Positions 13,060 through 26,112 of a stretch of DNA of 64,000 nt are shown piece by piece (position 1 is the stretch's first letter; each line of letters begins with the position of its first letter). This DNA comes from Chara braunii. Lineage: Eukaryota > Plantae > Charophyceae. The position numbers and the translations under genes are program-made. The stretch covers positions 2,120,701 to 2,184,700 of the forward strand of contig BFEA01000040.1 of the NCBI GenBank assembly GCA_003427395.1. The letters are read 5' to 3'. The notes beneath the pieces were generated by a model. It made no database searches. It was not told the DNA's origin and worked only from the letters and a program-made list of their open reading frames with translations.

Positions 13060-13941
13060 GGAGTCACGTCAATGTCGAGGCAGAGCCGCAAAACGCCTTC
13101 ATTCTGAAGAAGTTGATGATGGAGTACCTGAAGGTGTGAGTCAGTAGGGAAGACGGGTCCATAAAGGGTGAGACGCCTGTGAAGGGTGAGGGTGTCTCAG
13201 GGAGAGAATCTTCGCCTGGAGTTGCGTGATGGTGGCCTACAAAGTAGCCACTCGCTGGGTGCGCGGGGTCGGAGGTGGAGGAAACGAAGAGGGTACCCTA
13301 GCGGGAAAAGGAGTAACAAACTGCAGGGGACACTGGGGTGGGAGTGACGAGAGGATGGGAGGAGGGAGAACTCCGATCCGTAGTGTCGGGACTGAAGCGG
13401 GAAGCTGGGAAGCCATACCGGGATGAGTAGATGAAACTGTCTGGCCAGATACCGGTATCTGGGCAGCAACACCAACGGTACTAGCCGAAACGGCAGGGGC
13501 GGCAAGGTTTGACGGGTGTGCTGCAATAGATAGTATGGTCTGAGCGGCGACAACACTCACCACTGCGGAGGGGGATTGTTAAGCCTGACCCGCGGAGGAG
13601 GACGAACCACCACGTCTCCGTCTCTGGAGTCGTAGAGAACCGGACTCTGAGCCGGTAGGGGATGGAGTCTGAGAGCGGTGAGGAAAGCAATGAGGAGAAC
13701 CCTTGAGGCGGTGAACTTCAAGGCTGAGCGCATTTACTTTCCTCTCCAAGGGTGCAAGCGGATCGAGTCGCGCTTGCAGAGGTGCAAGGAGCGACGCAAG
13801 AATAGCGCGAAGGTCCGTGGGGTCCACAAAGTGCTGACCCTGAACCGTCGGGTGGGTGGGCACCAGAAAGACGGAGGGCGTCGAGACGATGTCCTCAGTT
13901 GAAGCCTCGTCCGTAGGTAGTGGACGCATGGTGGTAGACAT
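13060..13941 (-). pseudogene. Decayed Pro/Ser/Thr-rich ORF with a short coiled-coil-like segment, probably retroelement-associated
   Basis: MSTTMRPLPTDEAST...DLRAILASLLAPLQARLDPLAPLERKVNALSLEVHRL, followed by Pro-rich frames. No catalytic motif recognised. Confidence 0.3.
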
Positions 13942-14440
13942 GGCGGGAGGTGGAGAAAGAGGTGGGGAAAGAGATGGGTTGTGGCGTGGCGGAAAGGGGA
14001 CCACCGGTGAGATGGAGAGGACCGCGGGAGTGGAGTGGGTAGTCGTGAGCCAGCTCACTCTGTGGCCCGCGGTTCGCATGTGAGATGGTGGCGCGAATCC
14101 GGTCGAGTGGGGAGGAGCCCTTGGGGTTTTTGTGGTTAGGGTTAGGGTAGGGTAGCAGCGACCTAATCAAGAGAAGAAAATAGCAACCATGGAGGGGAGG
14201 GGGAGAGAGAAATAAAAATAAATAATGAAATTTCGAGATAACAAATAAAAGAAAATAAATAAACAAAACGTGAAGAAAGAAATAATATTTATTTGTTTGG
14301 AATTTTCGGCATCATTTCTCTACCCCAGCATGGGGTCAAAAATGTGCCAAGAGGAAAGAGAGACCAAGATAAGCACCGTAAGGTTAAAAAATGCCGCAAA
14401 TTATAAATTCTAGAAAAAAAATAAAAAATAAATAAATAAA

Positions 14441-14711
14441 CTAGGCTACCAGAGTGGCCCGGGGTCACTTGCCCGGCCGGGCCAAAAATAATTAAAAAAA
14501 TAAAAATAACAAAAAATATTTTTAAATTTTAATTTTTATTCTAAATTTGGTGAAGAATTTCGATGTGACCCTTAGGCAAAAGTTATTCAGTTTATTTTTT
14601 TGCATAACATATTTTATTTCGGATTTTTTGGTTTTTTTTTTTTTGGGGACCTTCCCTGGTCCTTGCACGGGCTGGCCACCCGGGACCCGGGCGGCCCAGC
14701 TGGTAGCCTAG
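14441..14711 (+). mobile_element. MITE with 12-bp TIR CTAGGCTACCAG and GC-rich subterminal hairpins (copy 1)
   Basis: TIR at both ends; near-identical inverted copy at 39296-39557. Confidence 0.88.
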
Positions 14712-15189
14712 AAAATACATAAATAAATGAGGAGGTGGAGAGTAAAGGAAAACTAAGTGTTGGATTTTTCAAAATTTTTGGCAGCATTTCGTTACCCCCA
14801 TGGGGTCGAAGTGTGTCGGCAAAAGAGATGACTAAGTAAGATGGGAGAGAGAAAGGAGAAAAAAAACATTTTCAGCAGCACTTCGTTACCTTCACGGGGT
14901 CAAAATATGCGTCGAGAGCTGAAAGAACTAAGTCCTAAACAAATATAGAGGTGCCGCATAAAAATTCAAATTTTCAGGATAATTAAAAATAATAAATAAA
15001 TTAGAAAAATGAGAAAGAAGTAGAGGAGAAAATAATGCAAACGTTTTTTAGAAAAGAGAAAATTTGAATCAAAGAAAAAGACAAACGAAAAAAAAAACAG
15101 AAAAATCCAAAGTTGGGTGTAAAGAGGAATGAAAAAGTGATGGAGAAAGGGAGAAATAGGCGAGGAAGAGAAAAAAATTGGAGTGGCAG

Positions 15190-15690
15190 GTGTTTGCAAA
15201 CGACTCTGTCACCTTTACTCCCTTCCAAGATCAGCCCTTTCAGGCACACGTAAGGATACAATCTCACTTTTCTGTCATATTTCGTAAGTGAGAGTCAACT
15301 GGGAAAACTCATCCCTGCTTATAGCGCCAACAGAGGATCCCCCAGAACATTGAGGATTGAGAGTGGTGACACCAGCACAACATGAAAGGTTATGAGCGCA
15401 TCAGATTTCTTGCACGCCATATTTGATGATGGAAGTGTCCCACGTTGTGGGATGGTGAGGAAGGCACTGGGTCCTTGGGTCACACAAAAAAAGGTAAGCC
15501 TGTTCGGTAGATCGTCGGTCATAAACAACGTTGTTTTTTTCGACAATTTGGTTCCAGAGAACTCTTTATCAAATGGTCAAACCAGCACAACCGGTCATCC
15601 AAAGCATGGTGGCACGCTATCTGTAAAAGGAAAAAACTTCAACATCTTTTTTTTTGCCTAAGGTAGCTTGTTGATCTGATAAGCAACGCT
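15190..15690 (+). mobile_element. Decayed LINE RT C-terminal fragment
   Basis: Aligns by eye with 20956-21425, including the FANDS (YADD-equivalent) motif and KKVSLFGRSSVINNV. Confidence 0.85.
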
Positions 15691-16499
15691 TCTCAAATAT
15701 TGGTGGATGAGCATGATTTGGTGCAAGCCTTGGATGCAATTAGATAGCAAACCACTTTTGTGGCATTGCCTGCAATGAGAGAGGTTGCCTATCAAAATAA
15801 AGTTTTTGCCTGGTTAGGGGAGACTGAATGAATGCAACTTTTTTTCGAGGCCACAGACCCATAACATCCCCTCCCTTGATGCTTTCAAGTTCAATGCGTC
15901 ATCCGTGGGAGGAAAACCAACCAATTGTGACATACACAACTGTGATTGTGCAAAACATTTCTTTATTTTATGAGCAATTTTTAGCGTTTCAATCTCAACA
16001 TACGGAGCAACAATTGCTGCAAAAGTTTACGAACACGGTTTGGACTGTTGCTGGTACTACCATGTCTCCCTCTGCGGCCAAAAAAATAGATGAGCCGATT
16101 GCTATGGAACAAGTTAGCTTGGCATTAACAGCCCTGCTTTTGCATAAAATGTCGAACCAAGATGGTCTGCCACTTTTGTTTTTTAGAAAGTTCCAGATGC
16201 AATTGTTGTAAGTAGAAACAATTTTATTCCAAGTTTTTTTTAATGGTGTGTCTCCCCCCGTGAAGATTATCACAGGAACATTGACATTTATCTACAAAAA
16301 GAGCGACAGGGCAAATGTTAGGAATTGGAAACCTATAACACTTATGCCAATGCTTTAAAAGTTGTTGTCCAAAATTTTAGCACTTAGACTGCAACCACTT
16401 ATGCCTCTACTAATCTACTGTCCACAAACTGGTTTTCTTCAAGATTAACAAATTTTATTTAAACCGCCACTCCCCCTGACAGTCGAAAATCATCGGCGT

Positions 16500-18143
16500 T
16501 GTCGAGCGCATCGGCCCCCACGTGAGCGAGGGCCCTCCCGACCGTGTCACGCAGGAGAAACTTAGTCTTTCAACTTTTTAGAGACAACTCGGGGACGACA
16601 TGGTTACCCGCGTCGACCCTTCGCCGCTCCGACCGAGTGCGCCAGCCGTACATCCCGCGATCCCCTACGACAGGATAGGTTCTCGTGGGGCACAACTTAC
16701 CTTCCCTTCAGCATACATACAAGTGAGCGACAAAAAAACAATCATCACACCTTCATTTCCACTGACATGATCAGAGCTTTTTTTTTTTTAGGCATCCTTC
16801 TACCTACCTGCACATCAGATCAAACAACAATTTCAAAAGAAGACAATGCAATCCCAAACTTATGTCAGACTTCCATTCACGCGCGCAAATACACATTTCG
16901 TCTACCTTTTCAGTGAACATTCAAAGAAACAGGGTCAAGCAAGTGTGGGTCCACATGGGCGTGAAGGGATCTGAGTCAAACTGACCGACCTTGAGTGAAG
17001 TTGAACTGAAGATAACAAACGGCTCACTCAAGAAAGTCGTATAGATCACACTCCCAGTGAGAAAATCGCCGCAATAAGCTGTCAAAAAAGCGATTCACAC
17101 CACTCCCTCAAAAGGATCGCCCACTGACACACAATCCCCTCAATGTCCCAGCGTCGTCACCACTTATGACCAGTACCACTATGCCACCACTGTATCGAGG
17201 CATCACTGCCAAAAAAAACACCGTCGATGCCGGAAGATTTCGACAGCATTTCCACGTCTCCACCAAAATCTCAGCGCAGTTGCCGCAAAAAAAATCGGCA
17301 GCGCTTCGGTATCACCGCCGTCAAACCCGCGTTGTTGCCGCAAAATTTCGGCAGCGCTTCCTCGTCACTACCTAGAATGCAATGCCGCCGCCGCAAAAAA
17401 AACGGCAGCGCTTCCTCGACACCGTCAAAAAGCGTCGCCGTTTTCGTGCCAACCAGGCAGAGTTTCCCCTGCACCGCTTGCCGAAGACTTGTCGCCACCG
17501 TGCAAAACGGGCAAAGTTTCCCCTGCACTGCCTGCTGAAAAACCTGCCGCCGCCGTGCAAAACGGGCAGAGTTTCCCCTGCACCGCTTGCCGAAAAACAT
17601 GCCACGAACAGCAGCCCCTCCCGTTGGCACCACGCAGCACGGTGGCTATGGCAGCCTCTCCTCTCCTCACCTCGCTGAGATGGCGGCTATGGCTATGTTT
17701 CACAACTATGACCACCTCCAGCAACCCTCCTCCCTCACTTGCAGCACAATGCTCCTCTCCACTCCACACTCAATCAGAATGTGGGCAGCACCTCAACTGA
17801 GTGAGGACGCTGCTGGCCATCCCTACTTTTATAGCTGGGCTGGAGTGGTGGGCAGCCACTTGAGACCCAACCAAAAAACGGGGCTGATCCTAGCCCTCGA
17901 TCTGAACTTCGATCGAGGGCTGGGAATCTTGATGTTCTACTAGGAACATCAAGTCCCTGGCTTTGGCTATGCACCTGACCACCACCCTCGTCCAGGCGCA
18001 GCCTCGAAGTGGCTGTATACAACACTCACTTACAGCTGCCTGTTCAAAACGAACAGGCGCTGTCTTTCCCCCCCTCTAGAACCTTTTACTCCCCTGCACC
18101 TCTCCTACAGCCGTGGCCACATTCGCGGCCGTTTCTTTTCCTT

Positions 18144-18176
<33 letters not shown>

Positions 18177-19447
18177 NNNNNNNNNNNNNNNNNNNNNNNN
18201 NNNNNNNNNNNNNNNNNNNNNNNNNNNNNNNNNNNNNNNNNNNNNNNNNNNNNNNNNNNNNNNNNNNNNNNNNNNNNNNNNNNNNNNNNNNNNNNNNNNN
18301 NNNNNNNNNNNNNNNNNNNNNNNNNNNNNNNNNNNNNNNNCCTTTTTTTTTTATCTCTCCTTTTTTTTCCCAACGGCTGCTTCTCGTCGCGCCGTTTCGT
18401 CTTAGTGGCCCGAAACAGACAAAACAAAAGGAAAAAAAAAAAAAAAAAAGGAAACAACTTACCTCACGACGTTGTAATCTCTACAAAGCCCGTTTCTGGG
18501 CACTTACACGTCCAGATGCGGGGCAGGTGAGTTTTTTTTCTCCCCTTCTCTTTTTTTTCCCTTTTTTTTTTTCAAAAAAACAAAAAAGTTCGGAACTCGG
18601 ACCATTCCTCGATTCACGCGTGTCATCCTTGTGCAGGGTCAAGTCGTCCGCGCGGACGATTTCGGTCGTACGATCTGGTAGATCGCACGGTCGAAATTGA
18701 CTGTGTTACATCAGGGAGCTGGGCCGCTCCTATCAAAAGGAGCTCGCCCAGTCACGGGTCGTTGGGCTTGATCCCTGAATCCGCAGGGTGACAGTTTGGT
18801 GGCGATACCTACTGAGTTAGCTCCTTCTCACATAAAGAGAGGAGCGGCCCTTCTATATGAACGGCTTCGGTGCCCAGCAGGGCCCCCCCTCCAGCGCTTA
18901 GTAGTCTGTGCCTGCTAAGCCCGTTTGTTACCACGGCTGGCTGGCTGGTTGGCGGCCGACGGCCTTATCAGCCGCCCTACTCAGCCGGCCCTCACGCCGT
19001 CACCCCCGGTCCTCGACGCAAAAAGCCCCGCGGACCCTAAAACTAACTATCCTTTCATGCAGCGGTCCCGACCTCGTCGCTGCGACTCCTTTTTATCCCG
19101 CTTAGGCCCTGAATCGCGCGGCTGCTGAGCCACGTGACATTATTTTAGGTAGACTAGGTCTAGCTTTAGTCTTTCCATAACCGCACACTACTGCGGCCTC
19201 GTCGGGAACCGCGGACGACAGGTCGTACTGGTGACTCTCGTTGTTTCGAACGAACGTTGATGACGTCACACGTCAACGACGTCATATGTCATTGACGTCA
19301 GTCTTTAGGTTTTTCAGTTATAGGGTTGGTCTGAATAACTTTGGTAACGTCAACCTCTTCAAGTCTCCCAATCCAAAAAAAAGGTCAGGCAGTGTCTAAC
19401 CTTCAAAAACTCGGGCAGAAACCCTCACAGGGGTTTCTGTCCCGACA
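16500..19447 (-). mobile_element. Solo-LTR-like element (2.95 kb, TG...CA, 4-bp TSD GCGT/GCGC)
   Basis: Termini TGTCG...CGACA, flanks GCGT 16496-16499 and GCGC 19448-19451. TATA-like GCTATAAAAG on - near 17830. Both ends are homologous to the ends of 52497-59273. Confidence 0.72.
17215..17600. repeat. Degenerate GC-rich tandem repeats including ~55-60-bp units with GGCAGAGTTTCCCCTGCAC
   Basis: Three copies near 17456, 17510 and 17565, plus repeated CGGCAGCGCTTC. Confidence 0.8.
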
Positions 19448-19920
19448 GCGCTGTGAGTTAGGGCCGGGTTTTCTGACAAGTTGCCGACCTTTCCAGTGGT
19501 GATCCCAAAGTCCCAAGGTGTTGGAAGTCGGGCCCTTTTCGGAGACGCAGTCCGGCGGTGGATTGCAGCCAAGGCCTTAGAAACGGTCGGGCTGGTCCAG
19601 TGCGTGACAAGCCTCCAGCTTTTCATTATTTCTCACGATGGTGGGAACGGAATACCTTTACCAAAATTTTGAAGATGCGGAAATGGGGATATTGGGCGGC
19701 CTGGGGAAAAAAGGGACCGACCTGTTGTAGCCGTCATCGATGCTTGAGTGTCACCGACGATACGAGAGTCGTCGTTAACGAATCTCGCAACAACTTTCTT
19801 TTATGGCCCTTAGTGTTCCGAGTGATAGGTAAACGCAGAAGTACATGAGCAGCATTCCAGTGTCAAACAGTGGTTGATACGAGAGAGAGAAAGAGAGAGG
19901 GGGAGAGAGAGAGAGAGCAA

Positions 19921-19988
<68 letters not shown>

Positions 19989-22454
19989 ATACCCTTTCGA
20001 GATGGGTAGTGCTGGAGGGAAAGACTTGTAATGTTCCCACTGGATCACGCGTCCGAAAGTGGGTCGCCATCTCGAAAAGGCGCAAGTGCCTTCCCCGTGC
20101 GTGCTTGTACGAACACATCGACGACATTGCCAGGATGCCATAACGTGGCGATGATAGGGTGCCACGTGGGAACATCAAACGTGCACAAACAGCCGCCACC
20201 CATCGGTGGCTTTTCGGTTGGGGAAGGCGTTAGGGGTGGTGTCCTTTCCTCGTTGGTAAACATGTGAAAACAAAACATTCATAAAAAACAAAGAGAAATA
20301 AAAAACAAGAAAAGGAAATAAAAACAAAAAAATAATATTTATTTTTTATTTATTTAAAAACGAGAAAAGCGACACACCGGTCACTTAGATGTCTGGAAGG
20401 AACACTTCCGACTGCCTTTTGCTAGCACGGGATTTGGAACGGGTGAGGACACACGGGTCCCATATCTCCGACGACAAATCTGACCGGTACCCGGTACGCC
20501 ACAAAGAATCGGTAGCACAATCAAAATTAGACGATTGATGCCTACTTGTACGATGAGTTTTTTTCCGTCAGGGGGGGTGGCGGTTTAACATAATGACAGT
20601 TGAGCAGATTATTGAGCTGGTAGCAGATGGGGAGGCGCAAACTGCAGTAGTCTTGATAGACCTAGAAGACATATGATCGAGTAGGGTGGGAGTTTTTGCA
20701 AGAGGGTTTGGCGGTTTTTAGGTTTGGTGAGCATGTTAAACATGAGGTCCAAGCGCTACATACTGGAGCAATGTCTAGATTAGTTGTTAATGGGAAACTC
20801 TCAAATCCCATTACGTTGAACAGGTCGGTCTGCCAGGGTTTCCCTGTTGCTCCGTATTTGTACCTTTTTTATACGGAAGTGACGCATATCATGATTAGAT
20901 GTAACGTGCAAGTACATGGTTTTCTACTGTCGTCGAGAGAGTCCGTCAAAACAAAGGCGTTTGCAAACGACTCTGCCACTTTTACTTCACTCCAAGGTCA
21001 GGCCTTTCAGGCATTTAAGGATATAATCTCACTTTTATGTCATGTTTCGCACGTGAGAGTCGACTGACAAGTCATCCCTTATCATACCACCAATAGAGCA
21101 TCCCCCAAAATAGTGGGGATTGAGAGTGGTGACAACATGAAAGATTGTTGGGCATCGGATTTCCTTCACGCCACATTTGATGACAGCAGCGTCACACATT
21201 ATGGAAACGTGAGGAAGGTATTGGCCCCTTGGGTCGCATGGAAAGGGGTGAGCCTGTTTGATAGATCCTTAGTCATAAATAATGTTTTTTTCTCGACAAT
21301 TTGGTTCCAGAGAGCTCTTCATCAAATGTACGAACCAGCGCAACAGGTCATCAAGAACATGGCGACACGCTATCTGTGGAAGGAAGAAACTTCACCAACC
21401 CCTTTTTGCCTAAGGTGGCTTGACAAATCATAACTCAGCTTAAAAGGGCGGGTGGGTTGGCTATTCTGGACCCGGGGTGCCAAATCATGGCGCCTCTTCT
21501 TAACGTTAAAAATAGTGATATTTTGCTTGCAACGTAAAACTCTCACTTGTTCTTTGAGTGGCCATCTTACCTAGCGTGGTCACCCCTTCTTAGCTACTTA
21601 GACCTTGAATCTCGTGACTTAGTAGCCGCACATCACAATTTTAACGCCCAACCTCGCAGACACCAATGCGAATGATGTGTCGTCGTCCCAACAAGGAGAA
21701 TAGAGTCATATACATGATCAACTTGGAGTCGACAAGTCGTCAGTTGGTGAGAACATGGAAGGTGACGTCGACGATGGATACGCTATAGTATATCTTCCTT
21801 CCATGAGCTTCAGATAAGACGCACTACATTAGAACCGCCAACATTTTTCTTCACATTCAAATTGGTGGCAGACCTCGAGGCTGTTTTATTTATTTTTTTA
21901 AGAAGGGCGGGCGAGTTTCGAGGTAAAGCAAAAAGGGAATAAGAGATATACCACGCGAGGCGTGGTGGAGCGACCGGGAGGGCGTAACGTATTTTTTTCC
22001 CCTTTGGGGGGGTGACGTCAGTGTGTAAGGGAGTTCGAAAGTTTATTGACGTCATTGTGTGCAGAAAAAAAACGAACGAACGGGGACTGGCGTGTTCATA
22101 CAAGGATTGTTCAGACCTCGCACTTGACATACTCTAGATTGGACCCAAGTGGATGAAGAGTTGAAAAATCACGAAGATCCACTGCGAGCAAGTGAAAGAT
22201 CGTTGACATCGATGACAATCGAGGGGGACAGCGACAATCGATGGAGAGCGTCAAAAGGGAAGGGGTTACGTTTATCTTTCATTATTACTTAATTGGATTA
22301 TTTGTTATAAATTATAATGATAATTTTTATTATAACTGTAAATAATGTAATAACTATATTTTCGTCTATTTATATGAAATATTTCTTGTATGATTCTCAA
22401 TTAATTGTTTCATTTGTCATTTATTGCATTATTTATTGTAAATATTACAATAAT

Positions 22455-23168
22455 CAGGATTGTCATCCCGAACGCCCGAATGTTCGACACCCCCTCTCGA
22501 CACGTTCGACCGTTCGGCCAAACGCGAAAAAAAAATAAAAAAAAATCCAAAAATCTGATGCAAAAGAATAAACTAAACAACATTTGCCTTAATGTTAGAT
22601 CCAAATTATTTACCAAATTCGAAATAAAAATCAAATACTAAAAATAAATAAAAATAATTAAAAAAATAAAAATAAAATGAGAATGAAATTATTGAGTGGG
22701 TGAGCACGTTTTTGACACCACTATCTTTGGCGATTTTTCATATTTTTTTTTCCATGAAAAATGCCATGAAAATTTATATATGTGTATCTTACATAATAGA
22801 GAATCTATAAATAAAGTTAAAAAAAATAATAATTTTTTTCATGCCCCGAAATTAAGAAAAAAACAAAAAGTGAAAAGAAAAAAAAAATAAATTAGTGAGT
22901 GGGTAAGAAAGTTTTGACACCATCATTTTTGCCAATTTTTTATTTTTTGTTGGTTGAGAAGAATGACTTCAAAATTAAGTGGGAGGTACCTTACATCACA
23001 AAAAACTCGAAAAAAAATTTAAGAAAAAAATAACAATGTTGAGGTACCAAAATATTTTTTTTCGCGGGGTCTGAACCCCTTCAGGTTCGGGCCCCATATA
23101 GGGACCCGAATGCCCGAACGTCTGGGGGTCAGCTTAGGGGCCTCCGTACATTCAGCCTGGCAACTCTG
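22455..23168. mobile_element. hAT-like non-autonomous element
   Basis: 8-bp TSD ACAATAAT (22447-22454 and 23169-23176); imperfect TIR CAGGATTGTCA / TGGCAACTCTG; subterminal CCGAAC/GTTCGG repeats. Confidence 0.85.
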
Positions 23169-24059
23169 ACAATAATTTATTGAATTTATTTGAAAAACTA
23201 GATCGACTATATTATTCAGATAAATTCACCAAGGAATAAAATATAAATATTCTTCATTTTAAAAAATAAATCTAATTTTAAAATATATAGTTATTTCCTG
23301 TGTCGCATCGTGTTCGAGTTCGGTGACTGAACCTGAACGTTCGTGACCAAACGCGAACGAGCGCCAAAACCTTCCGAACGCGAACATAAAAATATTATTT
23401 AAAAAAATATATATTAATAAAAACTCTAAAAAAGAAAAATGATACGTAAAATAATAATACAAAAAATGTATGTCAGGGAGATACGCTCAAATTCGTAACC
23501 AAAATCGAGTTAAAAATAAAAATTTATTATTATTTTTAATTATTTTTTGTATGTTCGATCGAATACCTTCGGGAGGTGTTCGGTTGAACATCCGAACATG
23601 TTCGGATGTTCGGAAAAACTCCGAACATGTTAGGTGTGCTACACATGTTATTTCTTTTTCTTATGATATTCCATAAATAATTAATGTTATAATTTTATAA
23701 TAAATTTATGTCCCAAATAGATATTAAATTCATATGTATCTAATATTCATTTATTATATTATTTATTTTATATTTTGTATATAGATATGTATACATATGT
23801 TCAACTAATAATATAATTTTTTATTTGCCTCCATAATTAAAAATGCAAAAAGAAAACAATCACTACTCTCTCATGCGAGACGGTTGCTGTGGTGTCAGTG
23901 TGTGGATGGGCAAAGGATTGATCGTGCGGATAGTGCTTACGATGGATCACAAAGATTGTTCAACGCCGACTATGGGCAATTTTATGTTCGTATGTTTAGC
24001 ACGACTGGTAACAAGGTGGCCCTTACCAGGGCAGGGGGGTGGCGTATTGAGTGTCTGTC

Positions 24060-24270
24060 GCACTAACTTTCACAAGTGAGAGCCTCGAGGCTGCCAAATT
24101 ATCATATAGTAGTATTCTTTATCCACATTGGTCTTAAGTCAATAGGCATTCCACACCCACCCAACTTGGGTTCCAAACACACAATCTCATACAAAAAACC
24201 AGGATGGTGGCAACTTCACAGGAAGACAAGTTGCACAAACTTTCAACTTTTTTCAATCCTTCACAACCAA
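24060..24270 (-). mobile_element. Possible old LINE fragment (post-RT region)
   Basis: Minus strand reads EIVCLEPKLGGCGMP, similar to the VC.PK..GGLG motif of L1-type ORF2. Confidence 0.35.
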
Positions 24271-25291
24271 CCCCTTGTCCTGCTACGATGCTTGTTTCTC
24301 CATAAGGAAGTCTGACAAATTTGAGACGACATGCACAACTCCCGGATCGGCATTTAAATCACTAGTATTTTTCCTCGCTTGAAAATCAAATACGCGCCGG
24401 TATATTCGGAAGCCAAGCGGGTTCAAACCGTTTCTACGCTGCATAGAAGCCATTAGTTTACATTCAACTAATACTAAAAACAAACTCTTAATAAAAGTGG
24501 TATTATTATTCCAAGTAATTTGGTTGAATTGACAATTATATACAATTTTCTTTTGTTTGTTGTTTTTTTAAAGGTTGTGAACGCATGAAATGAAGCAAGC
24601 CGCTTCTCAATTTATCACACGTACTATAAAACAAGAATCAGTAGTATCGGATAAAAGTGACTACTAGTAGTAGCGCGAGCCAAAATGAGGCTCGTGACGT
24701 TTTTTTTTTTTTTTTGCGTAGGGCAATTGAGGCTAAACATCGATAACTGAGAAAGGTATTCAATTTGGTGGTTTAAGCTTCAAAACGCTTTAGGTACTCA
24801 AAAATATTTTTGCTTATGAAGTGGTTGGTTCAAATCCTAGCTACAGGGGAAGTGTTCCACTACTTGGAGAGTTTAGAGAGTTTGTCTATCCATTATTGCG
24901 GCAGCCTCACATAGATTTGGCTTGCATACTAGCCTGCCAAGCCTAATGAGACCCAATATGGTACACAACATTGTACCAATTTTGGACAATGGAAAAAAGG
25001 GAGAATTTGAGTCTGTTTCGTGCACCACATTGGGAAAAGGAGGCTAAAGCACAATAAGTGGTTTAGAAGAGCACTCCCTTGGGACATTCGTTCAAAAGCG
25101 GAATGGTAAGATTAACATAGCCCCTTTTAATTCAAATACGCAAAAACGTCCAAATTGAGAATTGGTTTGCAAGAGCAAAACAAAGGCGTGGCCAACCAAC
25201 TTCAAGAGAGGAAAAGGAAGAGACAAGATGATGACCAAACCCAGGCATCATCCCTCCTTCAATCCCTAGCCAAGCCTTGATGACAGGCGGT

Positions 25292-25293
<2 letters not shown>

Positions 25294-25327
<34 letters not shown>

Positions 25328-25339
25328 CGAGAGAGAGCG

Positions 25340-25421
<82 letters not shown>

Positions 25422-25422
25422 N

Positions 25423-25504
<82 letters not shown>
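25294..25504. repeat. Compound (AC)n(AG)n microsatellite
   Basis: Directly visible. Similar tracts at 470-532, 19881-19987, 26920-27060, 31450-31500, 33160-33230, 40030-40090, 40424-40500, 43143-43343 and 54805-54856. Confidence 0.97.
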
Positions 25505-25508
<4 letters not shown>

Positions 25509-25619
25509 ACTGGAAGCATGCATTTTCAACTCCCAATACGTGGGATCGCGCAGCTTGGACATACTTATTTTTCCTCCATTTTTCATCTTATCCTTTTTTT
25601 TTTTTCCTTACTGGTACAA

Positions 25620-26112
25620 CCCACAGTTTCACCCGTGAAATGAATTTGCAATCCAAGACAGTGGATTCACAATTCCAGAGGTGAGGTCCCACTTAGGACC
25701 TCACTCCACTACACAAGTTTCACCAGTGAAATGAATAAGAAATCCTAGAGAGTGGATTGACAATTCCAGAGGTGAGGTCTCGCTCAAGTCCTTGCTCCAC
25801 TACACAAAAGTCCACATCTATCTGGGCAATGTGCACCACATACATTCGAGCTGACCGAACATTTCTGGATCTATCAGGATCACGGAGAGGTTGAGATAGA
25901 GTTACAACGTTCCGAGTCTAAAGCAAAGTGAACCCCTTGCTTGCATCGCCCATTGAACCGGCCACGTGCATAATCAAAACCAGGTGCAGTGTTACCTTTG
26001 CAAGTGAACCCCTTGCTTGCATCACCCATTGAACAGGCCACATGCATAATCAAAATCAGGTGCAGTGTTGCCTTTGCGAGTGAACCCCTTGCTTGCATTG
26101 CCCGTTGAACCG
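25620..26112. repeat. Two short tandem duplications (~95-bp unit x2; ~76-bp unit x2.4)
   Basis: GTGGATT(C/G)ACAATTCCAGAGGTGAGGTC twice; AGTGAACCCCTTGCTTGCAT three times (25927, 26003, 26079). Confidence 0.85.

Larger units (their letters stand above)
16463..20584. mobile_element. Non-autonomous TIR DNA element with TTAA TSD; about 1.2 kb after removing the nested LTR-like insert
   Basis: TTAA 16459-16462, ACCGCCACTCCCCCTGAC ... GTCAGGGGGGGTGGCGGT, TTAA 20585-20588. 18-bp TIR with one mismatch. LINE RT frame resumes exactly across it. Confidence 0.9.
15960..21510 (+). mobile_element. Decayed L1/Tx1-type LINE ORF2 (RT), split by a 4.1-kb TTAA insertion at 16463-20584
   Basis: Rejoined frame reads NWKPITLMPML...PQTGFLQD*QILF|NIMTVEQIIE...LIDLE(K)TYDRVGWEFL...VCQGFPVAPYLY...FANDS...GGLAILDP. 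Confidence 0.92.

Noticed and set aside
14134-14153. Telomeric repeat array
   Set aside because: Only two TTAGGG units; at most a telo-box.
16695-16702. U1 snRNA 5' end (ACTTACCT) or group II intron start (GTGCG at 16637)
   Set aside because: No U1 body or group II domain V follows. It is better read as a splice donor on the opposite strand.
19660-19750. piggyBac transposase remnant (SIDDG...VPFF on - strand)
   Set aside because: Motif spacing is wrong, surrounding frames are closed, and no other DDD motifs are present.
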